DNA of 64,000 nt from Longimicrobiales bacterium (GTDB taxonomy: Bacteria > Gemmatimonadota > Gemmatimonadetes > Longimicrobiales > Gaopeijiaceae), in assembly GCA_965248195.1 (NCBI GenBank), contig CBDFIQ010000001.1:1088001-1152000 (forward strand). The letters are read 5' to 3'. The position numbers and the translations under genes were made by a program. Positions within the stretch are counted from its first letter, which is position 1. Each line of letters starts with the position of its first letter. Positions 26,539 to 36,797 of the stretch are shown here, one piece after another. The notes below the pieces were generated by a model. That model saw only the letters and a program-made list of their open reading frames with translations. It did no database searches and was not told the origin of the DNA.

Positions 26539-27759
26539 ATGCCCCGTCCGCTCACATCGCCCCAGGAGAGCCCCCCGCGCCCAACTGCGGAGGTCGGCTT
26601 GGCGAGGCTCCGTGTAGCTGGCTCGACGCTGTTGCTCGCCGTCGGGTGGGCCGTCACGACGACATGTGCCTCCTATCAGATTTACAGCGACTGCGTCACA
26701 CCTTCATCGCCGTGCCCTGATCAGGGGTCACAGGATCAGGACGCGGTTCTTTTCCTGGTTGGGGACGCTGGATCCGAGGAGTTCGAGAGCAACCCTGTCC
26801 TTCAGCACATGAAGACGGCCGTGACGGCGCTCGACAGGCGCGGTGTGCCGGCGACCGTAGTCTTTCTCGGCGACAACGTCTACGAAGAGGGAGTGCGAGA
26901 CGGCCACCCCGAGGATCTTCGGCTCCTGGCGGGCCAGGTCGAGGTGGTCTCGGGCACGTCGGCCAAGGGGATCTTCCTGCCCGGCAACCACGACTGGGGC
27001 AACACCGCAGATGACCGGGGGCTCGAGCGTTTGATGAACCAGGAGCAGGCGCTCGCAGTCTTCAGCGGTAATGGCGCCAACGTTGACCTCATGCCTCGGG
27101 CTGGGTGTCCCGGCCCCGAGCGAGAGAATCTGGAGGATTCCCGCGGGGATGTCCTGGCCGCCCTCGTGTTGCTGGACACTCCCTGGTGGCTGCTGGAGGC
27201 GCCGGGCAACTCACGATGCAGCACATCCACGAAGGAGGATGTGATTCGAGAAATGGAGCGTGTACTCTCTGAAGCGTCGGGCCTCCCGGTAATCGTGGCG
27301 GGCCACCATCCGCTGCAATCGGGGGGGCCGCACGCAGGGAATGACAGTGGGCTGAGGTGGTTGGGGCACCGGCTCGGCTTGATGCGGGATGACCTCAACA
27401 GCCCTCAATACAGAGCCCTCATCGATGGCTTGTCCGAGGCCTTTGGCCGGGCTTCACCACCCACCATATACGTGGCCGGGCACGATCATTCGCTCCAGGT
27501 CATCGAGAAATCCGAGGAAGGTGCCTCCGTCTTCTACCTCGTTTCCGGCAGTGGCAGCAAGGTCACCGGTGCGGGGCCCATTGCCGGTAGCCGGTTCGCC
27601 GCGGGGCTACCCGGATACATGCGCGTCGATTTCCGGTCCGGCGGTAGGATCCAGCTCAGCGTGGTTGCGCAGTGCTCGGTGGAGGCGGTTGATGCGAATC
27701 TCTGTCGTGGAGTGGATGCGGGCCGCTTCCAGAGTGTCTATCGGGCACGCATCCGTTGA
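26539..27759 (+). CDS. calcineurin-like metallophosphoesterase (start uncertain)
   Basis: GDAG, GDNVY, GNHDW, GHHP, GHDH motifs. Confidence 0.85.
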   Translation: MPRPLTSPQESPPRPTAEVGLARLRVAGSTLLLAVGWAVTTTCASYQIYSDCVTPSSPCPDQGSQDQDAVLFLVGDAGSEEFESNPVLQHMKTAVTALDRRGVPATVVFLGDNVYEEGVRDGHPEDLRLLAGQVEVVSGTSAKGIFLPGNHDWGNTADDRGLERLMNQEQALAVFSGNGANVDLMPRAGCPGPERENLEDSRGDVLAALVLLDTPWWLLEAPGNSRCSTSTKEDVIREMERVLSEASGLPVIVAGHHPLQSGGPHAGNDSGLRWLGHRLGLMRDDLNSPQYRALIDGLSEAFGRASPPTIYVAGHDHSLQVIEKSEEGASVFYLVSGSGSKVTGAGPIAGSRFAAGLPGYMRVDFRSGGRIQLSVVAQCSVEAVDANLCRGVDAGRFQSVYRARIR

Positions 27760-27765
27760 AAACCC

Positions 27766-30339
27766 TCAGAACGGCAGGCCCGTTTCAATGTAGATTCTCG
27801 TCCCCTCGTCGTCACTTACGCCGAAGCCGGCACGCAGCATATACGGTTGGCCGATCGGCGTGAGCCAAATGCCGCCCCCCAGGCTCGTGTGCCAGCCTCC
27901 GGGTGATGCGCCATTCAGGTACACACGCCCGGCATCGGCGAATCCGAAGATGCCCATGTCCACGGGGACCACGACGCGCGGGTTCCCTAAGCGGAGGCGA
28001 AGCTCGCCGGTTCCGAATACCGCGGCGTCTCCGGCGAACCGCTCTCGCTGAAAACCTCGGACCGTCTCTGCTCCGCCCAGGAAGGCGGCCATGCTCCAAG
28101 GGATTTGGTCGCCCCAGACCTTCACGCCGCCGACTCGTAACGCAATGGAAATCGGCGACGAGACGGATGGCGATAGCCGCGCCGATATCGTGCCGTCTGC
28201 CTTGGAGAATGGGGTGACGACATCGAGAACGGTCGGGAACGTCGCTCCGTGGATCTCGAGGTGTAAACGATTGGGCGACTCGTTAGGGTCCACCGGCAGA
28301 TCGTACACGAGGCTAGCCGTGGCCCCGGCCTGCCAAAAATCGACGGCGCCATAAAGGGTGTCGCGTAGTTCGCGGAAGAAGCGGCCGTTGTTCTCCGACG
28401 TACTGGATCGGGACACCACCAGGCCCACCGCCAGGTCCAGGCCGGAGCCTCCGCTGACGCCTACAGCGGTTTCGACCGACGCTCTCTCGTGGTCAATCTC
28501 GTGGGATCTATCGCCGAGCGTCGCTGTGTTATTGCCGAATCCATGAAAATTGAGCACATCGAGCCCGGAGTAGCGGATCTGGAAAGCCGTGAAAATGGGA
28601 GAGTTCGAGCGGTTCAGACGTCCCGCGATTACCGCGCGTCCCGTCCCTTCGGTAGGAGAGAAACCGCCGCTGAAATCGAAGCCCGAGGAGAAAGGAGCCT
28701 TTCGAAAGCTGTAGCGTTCGAGGCGGACGCCGGTGCCGATGAAGAGTCCCATATCCGAGTTGTACAGCGACGTAAAAATGGGTAGTGTCCGGCCCCCCCA
28801 GTCGCGGGGCTGGTCCCGATCCTCCTGGCTCCAAACCCACCCGTCGAAGTTTCTGTTGTCGAGGCGTCCCCCACTGGATCCCGATACGGTGTTTTGGCCC
28901 TCCGAGTCATAGAGGTAAAGCCCTTGTCGCGAGTCTTCGACCTGAAAGACGTCATCACCGCGGCCACCAACGACCCGGATCTTGATGCCGGAGCCACCGT
29001 CTCCGCGGACCGAGATCCGATCATCGCCCATCTTCATGTAGAGGCGGATCTCACGGGTTTCCTCGGCGCTGAACCGCCTCTGAAGATAGGGTGCCTCCGC
29101 CCGCTCGGAGTCAGCCAACGAGACCGTCACGAAGTCGGGGTCGGTGCGATCGATGACCGCCAAGTCGGATATGTCCGTCGCGTGGAGGTCTACCGCTTCG
29201 ACGAGCAACTCATACAGGTTCGCCACCGGTTCCCTCAGGTTGTCTCGCCTCACCTTCAGCACACCCATCAGCTCAGGCCCGTTTTTTGCGAAGATCTCAG
29301 GGGGTAGGCTCCCCACCGCCTCTTCGATCACGTCGTCCGTAAGGCTCGCCTGAACCGATGCCGCGATTGAATCCCAGACCGGTCTCTCGAGTCCCGAAAG
29401 GAACTGTCGATCCAGCGCCCTCCCGTTCCAGTGCAGCCTGTCAATGCTCGGGTAGGTTTCTTCGAACCGCACGAACTGGGGCATGTAAAGGCTTAGGATC
29501 CGTGGAACGATCCCGTCGAACTTCGAGAAGGCCTGGTCCCGGTCTGTGGGAACCGGTACCCAGGACCGCTCATCGCCCTCGTCATAGGTAGCCCATCGCC
29601 ACTGGCGGCGATGCCGGTCCCAATCGCCAAGGAAGATGTCCACGACGCGAGCCGTCAGGAAAGCGCGCGCATCCACTCGATCGCGCGGACTCTCGTCGAC
29701 TCGCTCGGTCAGTCTTTCGTGGCCGATCACCCGCACCGCGTCTTCGAACGGCGTGCGCTCACCTTCGTTCTCGTCGGGACGTTCCTCGATGAGGCCGAGC
29801 ATCCCGGCGAAGTCGGCCCTGAACTCCCCGAGCGCCGGAATGTCCGGCATGATCCTGAGTACCGGAGTCACGTGAAGAACACCTGCCGCCTCCAACAGGG
29901 GAGCCGCCACGAGCGCGCCGTAGGGATGGGCCGCGCTGATTCCATCCTGTACAACGTCGTCTATCAAGCTCTCACGAAGAATAGAGTTGAGGAGAGGCGT
30001 CGGGTCCTTGTCCACAGAGCGGAAGGTGTATTCCCGACCGTCTGAGCCGAGGAATCTCAGCGCCCGGGTCGATAGCCCGCCCCCCCGCCTAAGGGGCGTG
30101 ATGCCTCCCGCGAAAGTAGAGAGATCCAGGACTTCGACTTCTATCGGGGTGGTCCAGAGGTCCCGATAGTGCCGTCCCAGAACCAGGCGATGGACGGGGC
30201 CCGCGCGGTATCGTTCTCCGGCAGCCGTGACCACGTTCCTCGTGGCCGGCGATTCCTGAGCGCTCGACCCCAGCGGGAAGACCATTGCACAACAGAGAAC
30301 AAAAAATGCATGTCGTGCGTGTCTCGCGGCGGTGATCAT
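27766..30339 (-). CDS. Omp85/BamA-TamA family outer-membrane protein with a large N-terminal domain
   Basis: Signal peptide; LGGAETVRGF..RFAG, FGFADAGRV, terminal Phe; GDWDRH motif in the N-domain. Confidence 0.8.
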   Translation of the reverse strand: MITAARHARHAFFVLCCAMVFPLGSSAQESPATRNVVTAAGERYRAGPVHRLVLGRHYRDLWTTPIEVEVLDLSTFAGGITPLRRGGGLSTRALRFLGSDGREYTFRSVDKDPTPLLNSILRESLIDDVVQDGISAAHPYGALVAAPLLEAAGVLHVTPVLRIMPDIPALGEFRADFAGMLGLIEERPDENEGERTPFEDAVRVIGHERLTERVDESPRDRVDARAFLTARVVDIFLGDWDRHRRQWRWATYDEGDERSWVPVPTDRDQAFSKFDGIVPRILSLYMPQFVRFEETYPSIDRLHWNGRALDRQFLSGLERPVWDSIAASVQASLTDDVIEEAVGSLPPEIFAKNGPELMGVLKVRRDNLREPVANLYELLVEAVDLHATDISDLAVIDRTDPDFVTVSLADSERAEAPYLQRRFSAEETREIRLYMKMGDDRISVRGDGGSGIKIRVVGGRGDDVFQVEDSRQGLYLYDSEGQNTVSGSSGGRLDNRNFDGWVWSQEDRDQPRDWGGRTLPIFTSLYNSDMGLFIGTGVRLERYSFRKAPFSSGFDFSGGFSPTEGTGRAVIAGRLNRSNSPIFTAFQIRYSGLDVLNFHGFGNNTATLGDRSHEIDHERASVETAVGVSGGSGLDLAVGLVVSRSSTSENNGRFFRELRDTLYGAVDFWQAGATASLVYDLPVDPNESPNRLHLEIHGATFPTVLDVVTPFSKADGTISARLSPSVSSPISIALRVGGVKVWGDQIPWSMAAFLGGAETVRGFQRERFAGDAAVFGTGELRLRLGNPRVVVPVDMGIFGFADAGRVYLNGASPGGWHTSLGGGIWLTPIGQPYMLRAGFGVSDDEGTRIYIETGLPF

Positions 30340-30648
30340 CTGTACCGTCCCTGTCGAATGATGAAAATCCGCGGTCCCCCATTTCTTCGAGGGGCAGAAT
30401 TCCTCGCCTGATCGTACGAAAGCTTTGAGGCCAGAGACAGTATCGGGGCTGTCGCGAAACGCGCCTGCCTCGGATGATGGCACAAGCAGAGTGCCACGCC
30501 ATGGAAACCTGCACCTCGATGGGGCAGTTCCTGGCGGAATCCGTGCCGAGGGCCGTATGCACGCCGCTGGACAAGACCCTCCACATGGTCGTAGGCTCGT
30601 ACTTCCATCCCGCGGTCTGTTTGAAGAGACATCTAAAGGAGACGTCCG

Positions 30649-31308
30649 ATGTCCGTACAACTTGGTGACGAGGTACCCGACTTTTCAGCCGAGAGCACGC
30701 AAGGAACGATCAACTTCCACGACTGGATCGGGGACGGCTGGGCCGTGCTGTTCTCCCACCCCAAGGACTTTACGCCGGTCTGCACCACAGAGCTGGGTTC
30801 CGTCGCCGGCCTTCAGGCGGAGTTCGAGAAGCGCAACTGCAAGATCGTCGGCCTGAGTGTCGACTCGGTGAGCGACCATACCGAGTGGTCCAAGGATATC
30901 GAGGAGACCATGGGGAACGCGGTGGGCTTTCCGCTCATCGGAGACACCGACCTGGCAGTCGCCAAGCTCTTTGGTATGCTCCAAGCCAGCGCGACCGGCA
31001 GCGCCGGGGAGAGGACGGCGGCCGACAACGCCACCGTGCGCAAACTGTTCGTGATCGGGCCGGACAAAAAGGTCAAACTCACCCTCACCTATCCCATGAC
31101 TACGGGCCGCAACTTCCATGAGGTGCTTCGTGTCCTGGACTCGATACAGTTGACGGCCAACCACCAGGTCGCGACGCCAGCCGACTGGAAACAGGGTGAG
31201 GACGTGATCATCGTGCCCTCGGTTTCCAATGAGGAAGCCGAAGAGAAGTACCCCCAGGGATGGAGCGCTCCCAAGCCGTACTTGCGGATCGTATCCCAGC
31301 CGAATTAG
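30649..31308 (+). CDS. 1-Cys peroxiredoxin (Prx6)
   Basis: FSHPKDFTPVCTTE, YPMTTGRNF, VATPADW. Confidence 0.95.
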   Translation: MSVQLGDEVPDFSAESTQGTINFHDWIGDGWAVLFSHPKDFTPVCTTELGSVAGLQAEFEKRNCKIVGLSVDSVSDHTEWSKDIEETMGNAVGFPLIGDTDLAVAKLFGMLQASATGSAGERTAADNATVRKLFVIGPDKKVKLTLTYPMTTGRNFHEVLRVLDSIQLTANHQVATPADWKQGEDVIIVPSVSNEEAEEKYPQGWSAPKPYLRIVSQPN

Positions 31309-31349
31309 CGGAGCGTAGCCGAAATCAGCCGGGATGGGCCCGCCTCGAC

Positions 31350-32222
31350 TCAGTCCATCCCGGCCAGCTCCGCGTATACGGCGGTAAGGAACCGCTCGGG
31401 GTCCCCCCATTTGCCTTCGAACTCGGCCGTCGTGTTCGCGGCGGCGACCTGCTCGTACGAGGCGCCATCCTCCACCAGAGCGGCCACGCGGTCGGCAACC
31501 GTCAGCACCATGTCCCGGAACTCGATCACTTCGGCCCGGGTCGAGACCTCACCGTGCCCTGGAATGAACTTCGTGTTCGGGCCGCCCAGTCCGGCCAGGA
31601 TCGCCAGCGCGTCGATGGTGCCCGGAAGCGTCCCTCCGTTGTTTCGATCGATGACGGGGAAGGCTACGGTCCGGAAGACATCCCCAACATGGATCACATC
31701 CTCATTGCGGAAGTGAATGTAGCTGTCGCCGTCCGTATGGCCGGGGGGAAGGGGAGCGGCGTAAACCTCGCCCCCGTTCAGGTGGATCGTGATCGCGTCG
31801 CTGTAGGTCAGTACGGGCAGCGCATCTTTCGGAGATTGCGCCGCGAGGCGGACCCGAACCTGATCCCGAGCGAGAATCAGTATACCCATCCGGCCCATGT
31901 TTTCGTTACCGCCCGTGTGGTCCCCATGAACATGCGTATTGATCAGGAAGCGGATTTCCGCGTCCGAGATCCCTCGAATTGCAGCGACGATCTTGTCGGT
32001 GAGCGGCGCGAACTGGTCGTCGATCATGACGATGCCGTCCTCACCCACCGAGACGCCAATGTTTCCACCCTGACCCGCAAGGTAGTAAACGCTCCCCGCG
32101 ACGTGATGCGCCACCACCTCGACGCCGTCGAACCTTCCTTGGGCGAGCGCTTCGCCTGGGAGCGACGCGCTCCCCGCGGCCAAGATCAGGGCCCCATATC
32201 CGAGCCTGGACAGAGTGTTCAT
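31350..32222 (-). CDS. MBL-fold metallo-hydrolase (cyclase-like), secreted
   Basis: THVHGDHTGGN, GHTDGD, IPGHG. Confidence 0.9.
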   Translation of the reverse strand: MNTLSRLGYGALILAAGSASLPGEALAQGRFDGVEVVAHHVAGSVYYLAGQGGNIGVSVGEDGIVMIDDQFAPLTDKIVAAIRGISDAEIRFLINTHVHGDHTGGNENMGRMGILILARDQVRVRLAAQSPKDALPVLTYSDAITIHLNGGEVYAAPLPPGHTDGDSYIHFRNEDVIHVGDVFRTVAFPVIDRNNGGTLPGTIDALAILAGLGGPNTKFIPGHGEVSTRAEVIEFRDMVLTVADRVAALVEDGASYEQVAAANTTAEFEGKWGDPERFLTAVYAELAGMD

Positions 32223-32287
32223 GGGTTGGCTCCTCCGACGGTGATGGACGAACGGACTTCCGCTCAGGCAAGGTCTGGCGGGCGCGG

Positions 32288-32707
32288 TCATCCGGCAAGG
32301 TCCGCTACTTCACCCTCTTCATCGTGAAGCGCGAAGGCGAAGTAGAGGATGCACGCGACCAGGCCTGGCCCGAGCAGCCACGCGATGATCAAGTCCAGCT
32401 CGAACCAGGACAGGATCACTCTTCCGGTGTAGCCGAAACGCACGGTCGCGAACATGGTGAGCGCCAGAAAGTGCAGGATCGCGAGGTTCTGGCCCAAGCA
32501 GCCGGGGTTCCAGCCCGTTTGGGCGAGCAGGGCCGACCACAGGAGCACTTCGGGAATCAGGGCGAGGAAGGCTCCCAGTACCAATGCCCAAACCGGAATG
32601 CACACCCCCTGGGAAGCCGCCAATGCTTCCACGACTCCCATATTGCCCACGACCGCCAAAGGCAGGAGCAGCCCGAGCGTGACCTTTTCAATGCTGGAAG
32701 CGAGCAT
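32288..32707 (-). CDS. hypothetical membrane protein
   Basis: Four hydrophobic segments; co-oriented with neighbours. Confidence 0.55.
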   Translation of the reverse strand: MLASSIEKVTLGLLLPLAVVGNMGVVEALAASQGVCIPVWALVLGAFLALIPEVLLWSALLAQTGWNPGCLGQNLAILHFLALTMFATVRFGYTGRVILSWFELDLIIAWLLGPGLVACILYFAFALHDEEGEVADLAG

Positions 32708-32760
32708 AGGGGCTCGGAGGAAGATTCGTTGGGCTGGATTTATGGCAGCCGGAACACGAT

Positions 32761-34545
32761 CTACGGCAGCTGGAACACGAAGAGTGTGTTGCCCCCACCC
32801 CGCTGCCGGATCTCCCGCGTGATGTTCCGGTAGTTTACGCCCCCGCCGGCCGCGATGGCGATATACTGAACGCCGTCCACGCTGTAGCTCACCGGAAACC
32901 CCCCGGCGCTCGAGTTGAGGATCTGCTCCCAGAGAATCTCGCCCGTGTCGGCGTCGAACGCCCGGAAACGCCGGGCGTCGTCGGTGACGAAAACCAACCC
33001 GCCCCCCGTGGTCAGCACTGATCCCCCGATTCCGGCCCTTTGCCGATGCGCCCAACGCGTCTGGCCGGTCGCCACGTCCACCGCCGTGAACTGCCCCACT
33101 TGGTCATTGGAGTTCGGCACCTCCACCCGCTGGGAGGTCGCCGAGGCGTGGTACCCTCCGAGCGTGGGCTCCACCGGGTTTAGCGCGTAGGTCATACACG
33201 TGTTGTTGGTGGGCGCGTAGAGGACGTTCGTCTGGGGGCTGTAGGCGACCGCCTGCCAGCTGATGCCGCCCCCGCTGAGGGACGGACAGACCAGGATCTC
33301 CTCCTCGATCGCCCTAAGCTTGAGGTCCGGGTTGGCGATTCCCTTCCGCCCCTGCACGTCGACACCCACGATTACGTTCTGGTAACTCGTCTCTCGCGCC
33401 CAGAGGAAGTCTCCAGTTGCCGCGTCCAGCGTCCAGACGATGCCTGGCTTGCCCGGGACGCCGGTGACCACCTTACGACGGCCCGGCGTGATGTCCGTAT
33501 TCAGCCACGCGACGGCGTCCGGGTCCGGCGCCACCTCGGTCTCTACCAGGATGCGCTCGAAGGGGTGGTCCTGATCCCAATCGTCTCCCGGAAGATGCTG
33601 AAAGTACCACTCGATCTCGCCGGAGTCGGCATTCAAGGCGAGCGTGGAGTTTGTGTAGAGGACGTCTCCACCCCCCGTGTCTCGCTGGACCGATCCCCAG
33701 GGGACCGGCACGGCCACGCCGATATAGATCAGGTTCAGGTCCGGATCGTAGCTCGGAGCAATCCACGCGGAGCCTCCGCGGCGCTGCTCGTCCGGAAGGG
33801 CTCCCCAGGTTTCGCTTCCGGGCTCTCCTTGCCGTGGGATCGTACGCGTGCGCCACAGCTCTTGACCCGTATCCACGTCGTGGGCCGAGATCCAGCAACT
33901 CGTGTTGATGTAGTAGCAGCCGGACATGCCCGCGACGATCTGACCCTTGATGATCTGGGGCCCGCCGGAGTAGTGCTGTCCGATGGTCCAATCCCCGACC
34001 TGATGCTCCCATATCACCTCCCCCGTGCGAGCGTCGAGGGCGACCAGAAAAGCGTCGTGGGTGGCGATGATGAGATGGTCGCCGTAGAGCGCGGCGTTGC
34101 GGTTGGCGCAAGCCAGCGTCGCCGCGTGCTCGACCCGCTCGCGGCGGTACTCCCAGATCAGCGTTCCGTCCCGCGCGTCCACAGCTTCGATGAAGTCACA
34201 CGCCTGAGGCAGGAACATGACACCGTCGTGCACCAGCGGGGTCGTCTCTTGCAGGCCCGGCTCCATGGTCCACGCCCACGCCAGGCGGAGGGTGCCCACG
34301 TTCGACGTATTGATCTGGCCGAGGGGGCTGTACCCCCAATGGTCGTAGGTTCGGCGCCACATGAGCCACTCACCGTCGGGCGGGTTGAGCAGCATGGCCT
34401 CGGTTACGGGCGAATAACTTTCCATGAGGGACTGGGCGCTCGCAGGGGAGGACAGACTGAAGACACCGACGAGGGAGGCGAGAAAAAAGGGGGCGACTGT
34501 TCGGATCGTGCTTCGACCCGTCGGTGCTCGAAGAGGAATGGTCAC
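32761..34545 (-). CDS. PQQ-binding beta-propeller dehydrogenase
   Basis: YSPLGQIN..NV..L, ETTPLVHDG, WYFQHLPGDDWD, PVSYSVDGVQY. Confidence 0.9.
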   Translation of the reverse strand: MTIPLRAPTGRSTIRTVAPFFLASLVGVFSLSSPASAQSLMESYSPVTEAMLLNPPDGEWLMWRRTYDHWGYSPLGQINTSNVGTLRLAWAWTMEPGLQETTPLVHDGVMFLPQACDFIEAVDARDGTLIWEYRRERVEHAATLACANRNAALYGDHLIIATHDAFLVALDARTGEVIWEHQVGDWTIGQHYSGGPQIIKGQIVAGMSGCYYINTSCWISAHDVDTGQELWRTRTIPRQGEPGSETWGALPDEQRRGGSAWIAPSYDPDLNLIYIGVAVPVPWGSVQRDTGGGDVLYTNSTLALNADSGEIEWYFQHLPGDDWDQDHPFERILVETEVAPDPDAVAWLNTDITPGRRKVVTGVPGKPGIVWTLDAATGDFLWARETSYQNVIVGVDVQGRKGIANPDLKLRAIEEEILVCPSLSGGGISWQAVAYSPQTNVLYAPTNNTCMTYALNPVEPTLGGYHASATSQRVEVPNSNDQVGQFTAVDVATGQTRWAHRQRAGIGGSVLTTGGGLVFVTDDARRFRAFDADTGEILWEQILNSSAGGFPVSYSVDGVQYIAIAAGGGVNYRNITREIRQRGGGNTLFVFQLP

Positions 34546-34552
34546 CTGGCTG

Positions 34553-35131
34553 CTAACGCTGAACGGCCGGATTCACGTAACCCGCCTCGAGCACCTTGTT
34601 GGGATCGGGCCGCACACTGAGGTACGTGACGTGATCGGCGATGTCGGTCCAACCGTGGAAGACTCCAGCCGGAATGATGATCACGTCCCCCACCTCCACG
34701 GTGCGGGCCCGACCGCCCTCATTGGTGCCGAACTGGGTGGGTCCGTTGAGGATCCGCACCACCTCGCTGGTAGGCGGCAGCTCCCTGGCGTTCGTCAAGC
34801 TACCGCCGGTCACGAGCGTACCGGTCCCGGAAGTGATGACGTACGTCTCGGTTACCAATGAGTGCGTGATGCCCGAGACCGGAGCACCGCTCCCCTGGGT
34901 GGCGCCCCGATGAATGACGCCCACGGCCAAGTTGTAGCTACCCATGTCCACGATACGAATTTGACGATCCGGGATTGCGCTCTCGACGGCGAGCACGGCC
35001 TCGATGTCGGACATGGGAATGTCGATGGCTGAGGTGGGCCCCCCCTGGGCGTGTACTGTGGTGGGCGGAAGTCCCACGAGAAGGCCGAAGAGGCAGAGAA
35101 CGGGTGTGACGTCGGAGATGACATTGCGCAT
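34553..35131 (-). CDS. secreted cupin-like protein, copy A
   Basis: H...TETYVI.SG.G and GDVIIIPAGVFHGW cupin motifs. Confidence 0.8.
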   Translation of the reverse strand: MRNVISDVTPVLCLFGLLVGLPPTTVHAQGGPTSAIDIPMSDIEAVLAVESAIPDRQIRIVDMGSYNLAVGVIHRGATQGSGAPVSGITHSLVTETYVITSGTGTLVTGGSLTNARELPPTSEVVRILNGPTQFGTNEGGRARTVEVGDVIIIPAGVFHGWTDIADHVTYLSVRPDPNKVLEAGYVNPAVQR

Positions 35132-35146
35132 GGTAGTCTCCTATTG

Positions 35147-35725
35147 CTAACGCTGCACGGCCGGGTTCACGTAACCCGCTTGGAGCACCTTGTTGGGATC
35201 GGGCCGCACGCTGAGGTACGTGACGTGATCGGCGATGTCGGTCCAACCGTGAAAGACGCCGGCCGGAATGATGATCACGTCGCCCACCACCACGGTGCGG
35301 GCCCGTCCTCCGTCGGTGTTGCCGGATTGGCTGGGTCCGTTGAGGATCTGCACCACGCGTCCGGTGGGATCGGCCTCTCTGGGGTTCGTGATGGTACCGC
35401 CGGTCACTAACCTACCGCTCCCCGAAATGATGACGTAGGTCTCGGTCACCAGGGAGTGCATGATGCCCCTGACGGGACCGCCGCTCCCCTGGGTGGCGCC
35501 CCGATGAATGACGCCCACGGCCAGGTTGTAGCTACCCATGTCCACAATCCGGATCTGGCGATCCGTGCCTCCGTTCTCGACGGCGAGCACGGTCTCGATG
35601 TCGGACATGGGAATGTCGATTGCCGACGTGGGACCGCCCTGGGCGTGGCTCGTCGTGGGCCACATGGTCACGAGAAGGCCGAAGAGGCAGAGAACGGGTG
35701 TGACGCGGGAGATGACGTTGCGCAT
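35147..35725 (-). CDS. secreted cupin-like protein, copy B
   Basis: Same length as copy A and near-identical; AGGAG RBS. Confidence 0.8.
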   Translation of the reverse strand: MRNVISRVTPVLCLFGLLVTMWPTTSHAQGGPTSAIDIPMSDIETVLAVENGGTDRQIRIVDMGSYNLAVGVIHRGATQGSGGPVRGIMHSLVTETYVIISGSGRLVTGGTITNPREADPTGRVVQILNGPSQSGNTDGGRARTVVVGDVIIIPAGVFHGWTDIADHVTYLSVRPDPNKVLQAGYVNPAVQR

Positions 35726-35817
35726 GGTAGTCTCCTGTTGCTGGAGCGGTGAACGTGGGGTGGGTGGACCACCGTGGATCGTCCGTAGGTCGGGACGACC
35801 AAGAGGTCGTCGCCCGC

Positions 35818-36750
35818 CTACAAGACCTGTGCTTCGCGCATCACGGCTTCGCACTTCCGGCGGATCTCGGTGGCGACCTGGAACGGATCCCCCCTCACCA
35901 ACTCGGCCCGAAACAACTCTACGGAAAGCGCTCCGTCGTACTCTTTCTCGGCCAGCTTCCGGAGGATCCGGTTCAACGGCGCGATTCCGTCGCCGGGGAT
36001 CAGCCTCGAGTCGTTGTTGATCAGCTCGCGGGGCCCAGCGAGCAGATCCTGGAAGTGTGCATGGGCGAGCTCACCCGGCTCGAGCAGGTCCAGATCTTCG
36101 AATTTGCTCAGTCCCGACCAGAAGTGGAAGAAGTCGAGCATGGGTCGGACGTTGGGATGCGCAGCCTCTCGGATCATCTGGAGCGAGGAGGCGAGGGTCG
36201 CCAGGTGCGTCGAGGTGCGAAGAAATTCGATCATCGCCGTCAGGTTGTACTCTCTGGCGATCTCTCCGGTCTCACGGATGCAGTCGGGCGTCGCCGCGAA
36301 GTCTTCGGTGGTGACCGGCCGCCTGGTGCTCGACGGGGAGTAGACCTTCTGCAGTCCGAGGCTGGCTACCTGATCGCAACGACTTCTCCAGGTCTCGAGC
36401 GATGCTGCCCTTGCCGGACCCGGGATCCAAATATCCGGCAAGCCCGCGGAAGCGGAAACCGGTGTCAATCCCAGATCGGTCAGAAGGTTTCTTGCGCCGG
36501 CCAAGGTATCATTCTCGAGGAAACCGTCGAGCAAGCCGGTATTCAGCTCGACGTACTGGATTCCAGCTCTCGCCCAACCCTCGAGTGACCCCCGGAATCC
36601 GGCTGCTCGGGAGGTATTCTGGTGAATACTGAGCAGCATCTTGCCAGGAGGGGCGGTCTGCGCGTGAGCCACCCGCGCCAGGGGCGCGTGAGCCACCCGC
36701 GCCAGGGGAGCCGCCAAAGTGGCTAAGACGAAGGTTCGGCGAGTGGGCAT
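35818..36750 (-). CDS. sugar-phosphate isomerase/epimerase (xylose-isomerase-like TIM barrel), Tat signal
   Basis: TRRTFV; MIEF, DFFH, HAHFQD, R.IPGDG, SVELF. Confidence 0.85.
   Translation of the reverse strand: MPTRRTFVLATLAAPLARVAHAPLARVAHAQTAPPGKMLLSIHQNTSRAAGFRGSLEGWARAGIQYVELNTGLLDGFLENDTLAGARNLLTDLGLTPVSASAGLPDIWIPGPARAASLETWRSRCDQVASLGLQKVYSPSSTRRPVTTEDFAATPDCIRETGEIAREYNLTAMIEFLRTSTHLATLASSLQMIREAAHPNVRPMLDFFHFWSGLSKFEDLDLLEPGELAHAHFQDLLAGPRELINNDSRLIPGDGIAPLNRILRKLAEKEYDGALSVELFRAELVRGDPFQVATEIRRKCEAVMREAQVL
36661..36708. repeat. 2 x 24-bp in-frame tandem repeat
   Basis: CGCGTGAGCCACCCGCGCCAGGGG twice. Confidence 0.95.
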
Positions 36751-36797
36751 ACGCCTACTGTATCGTCAATTGCGGGCAGCCGCCACATGGGCGGCCA

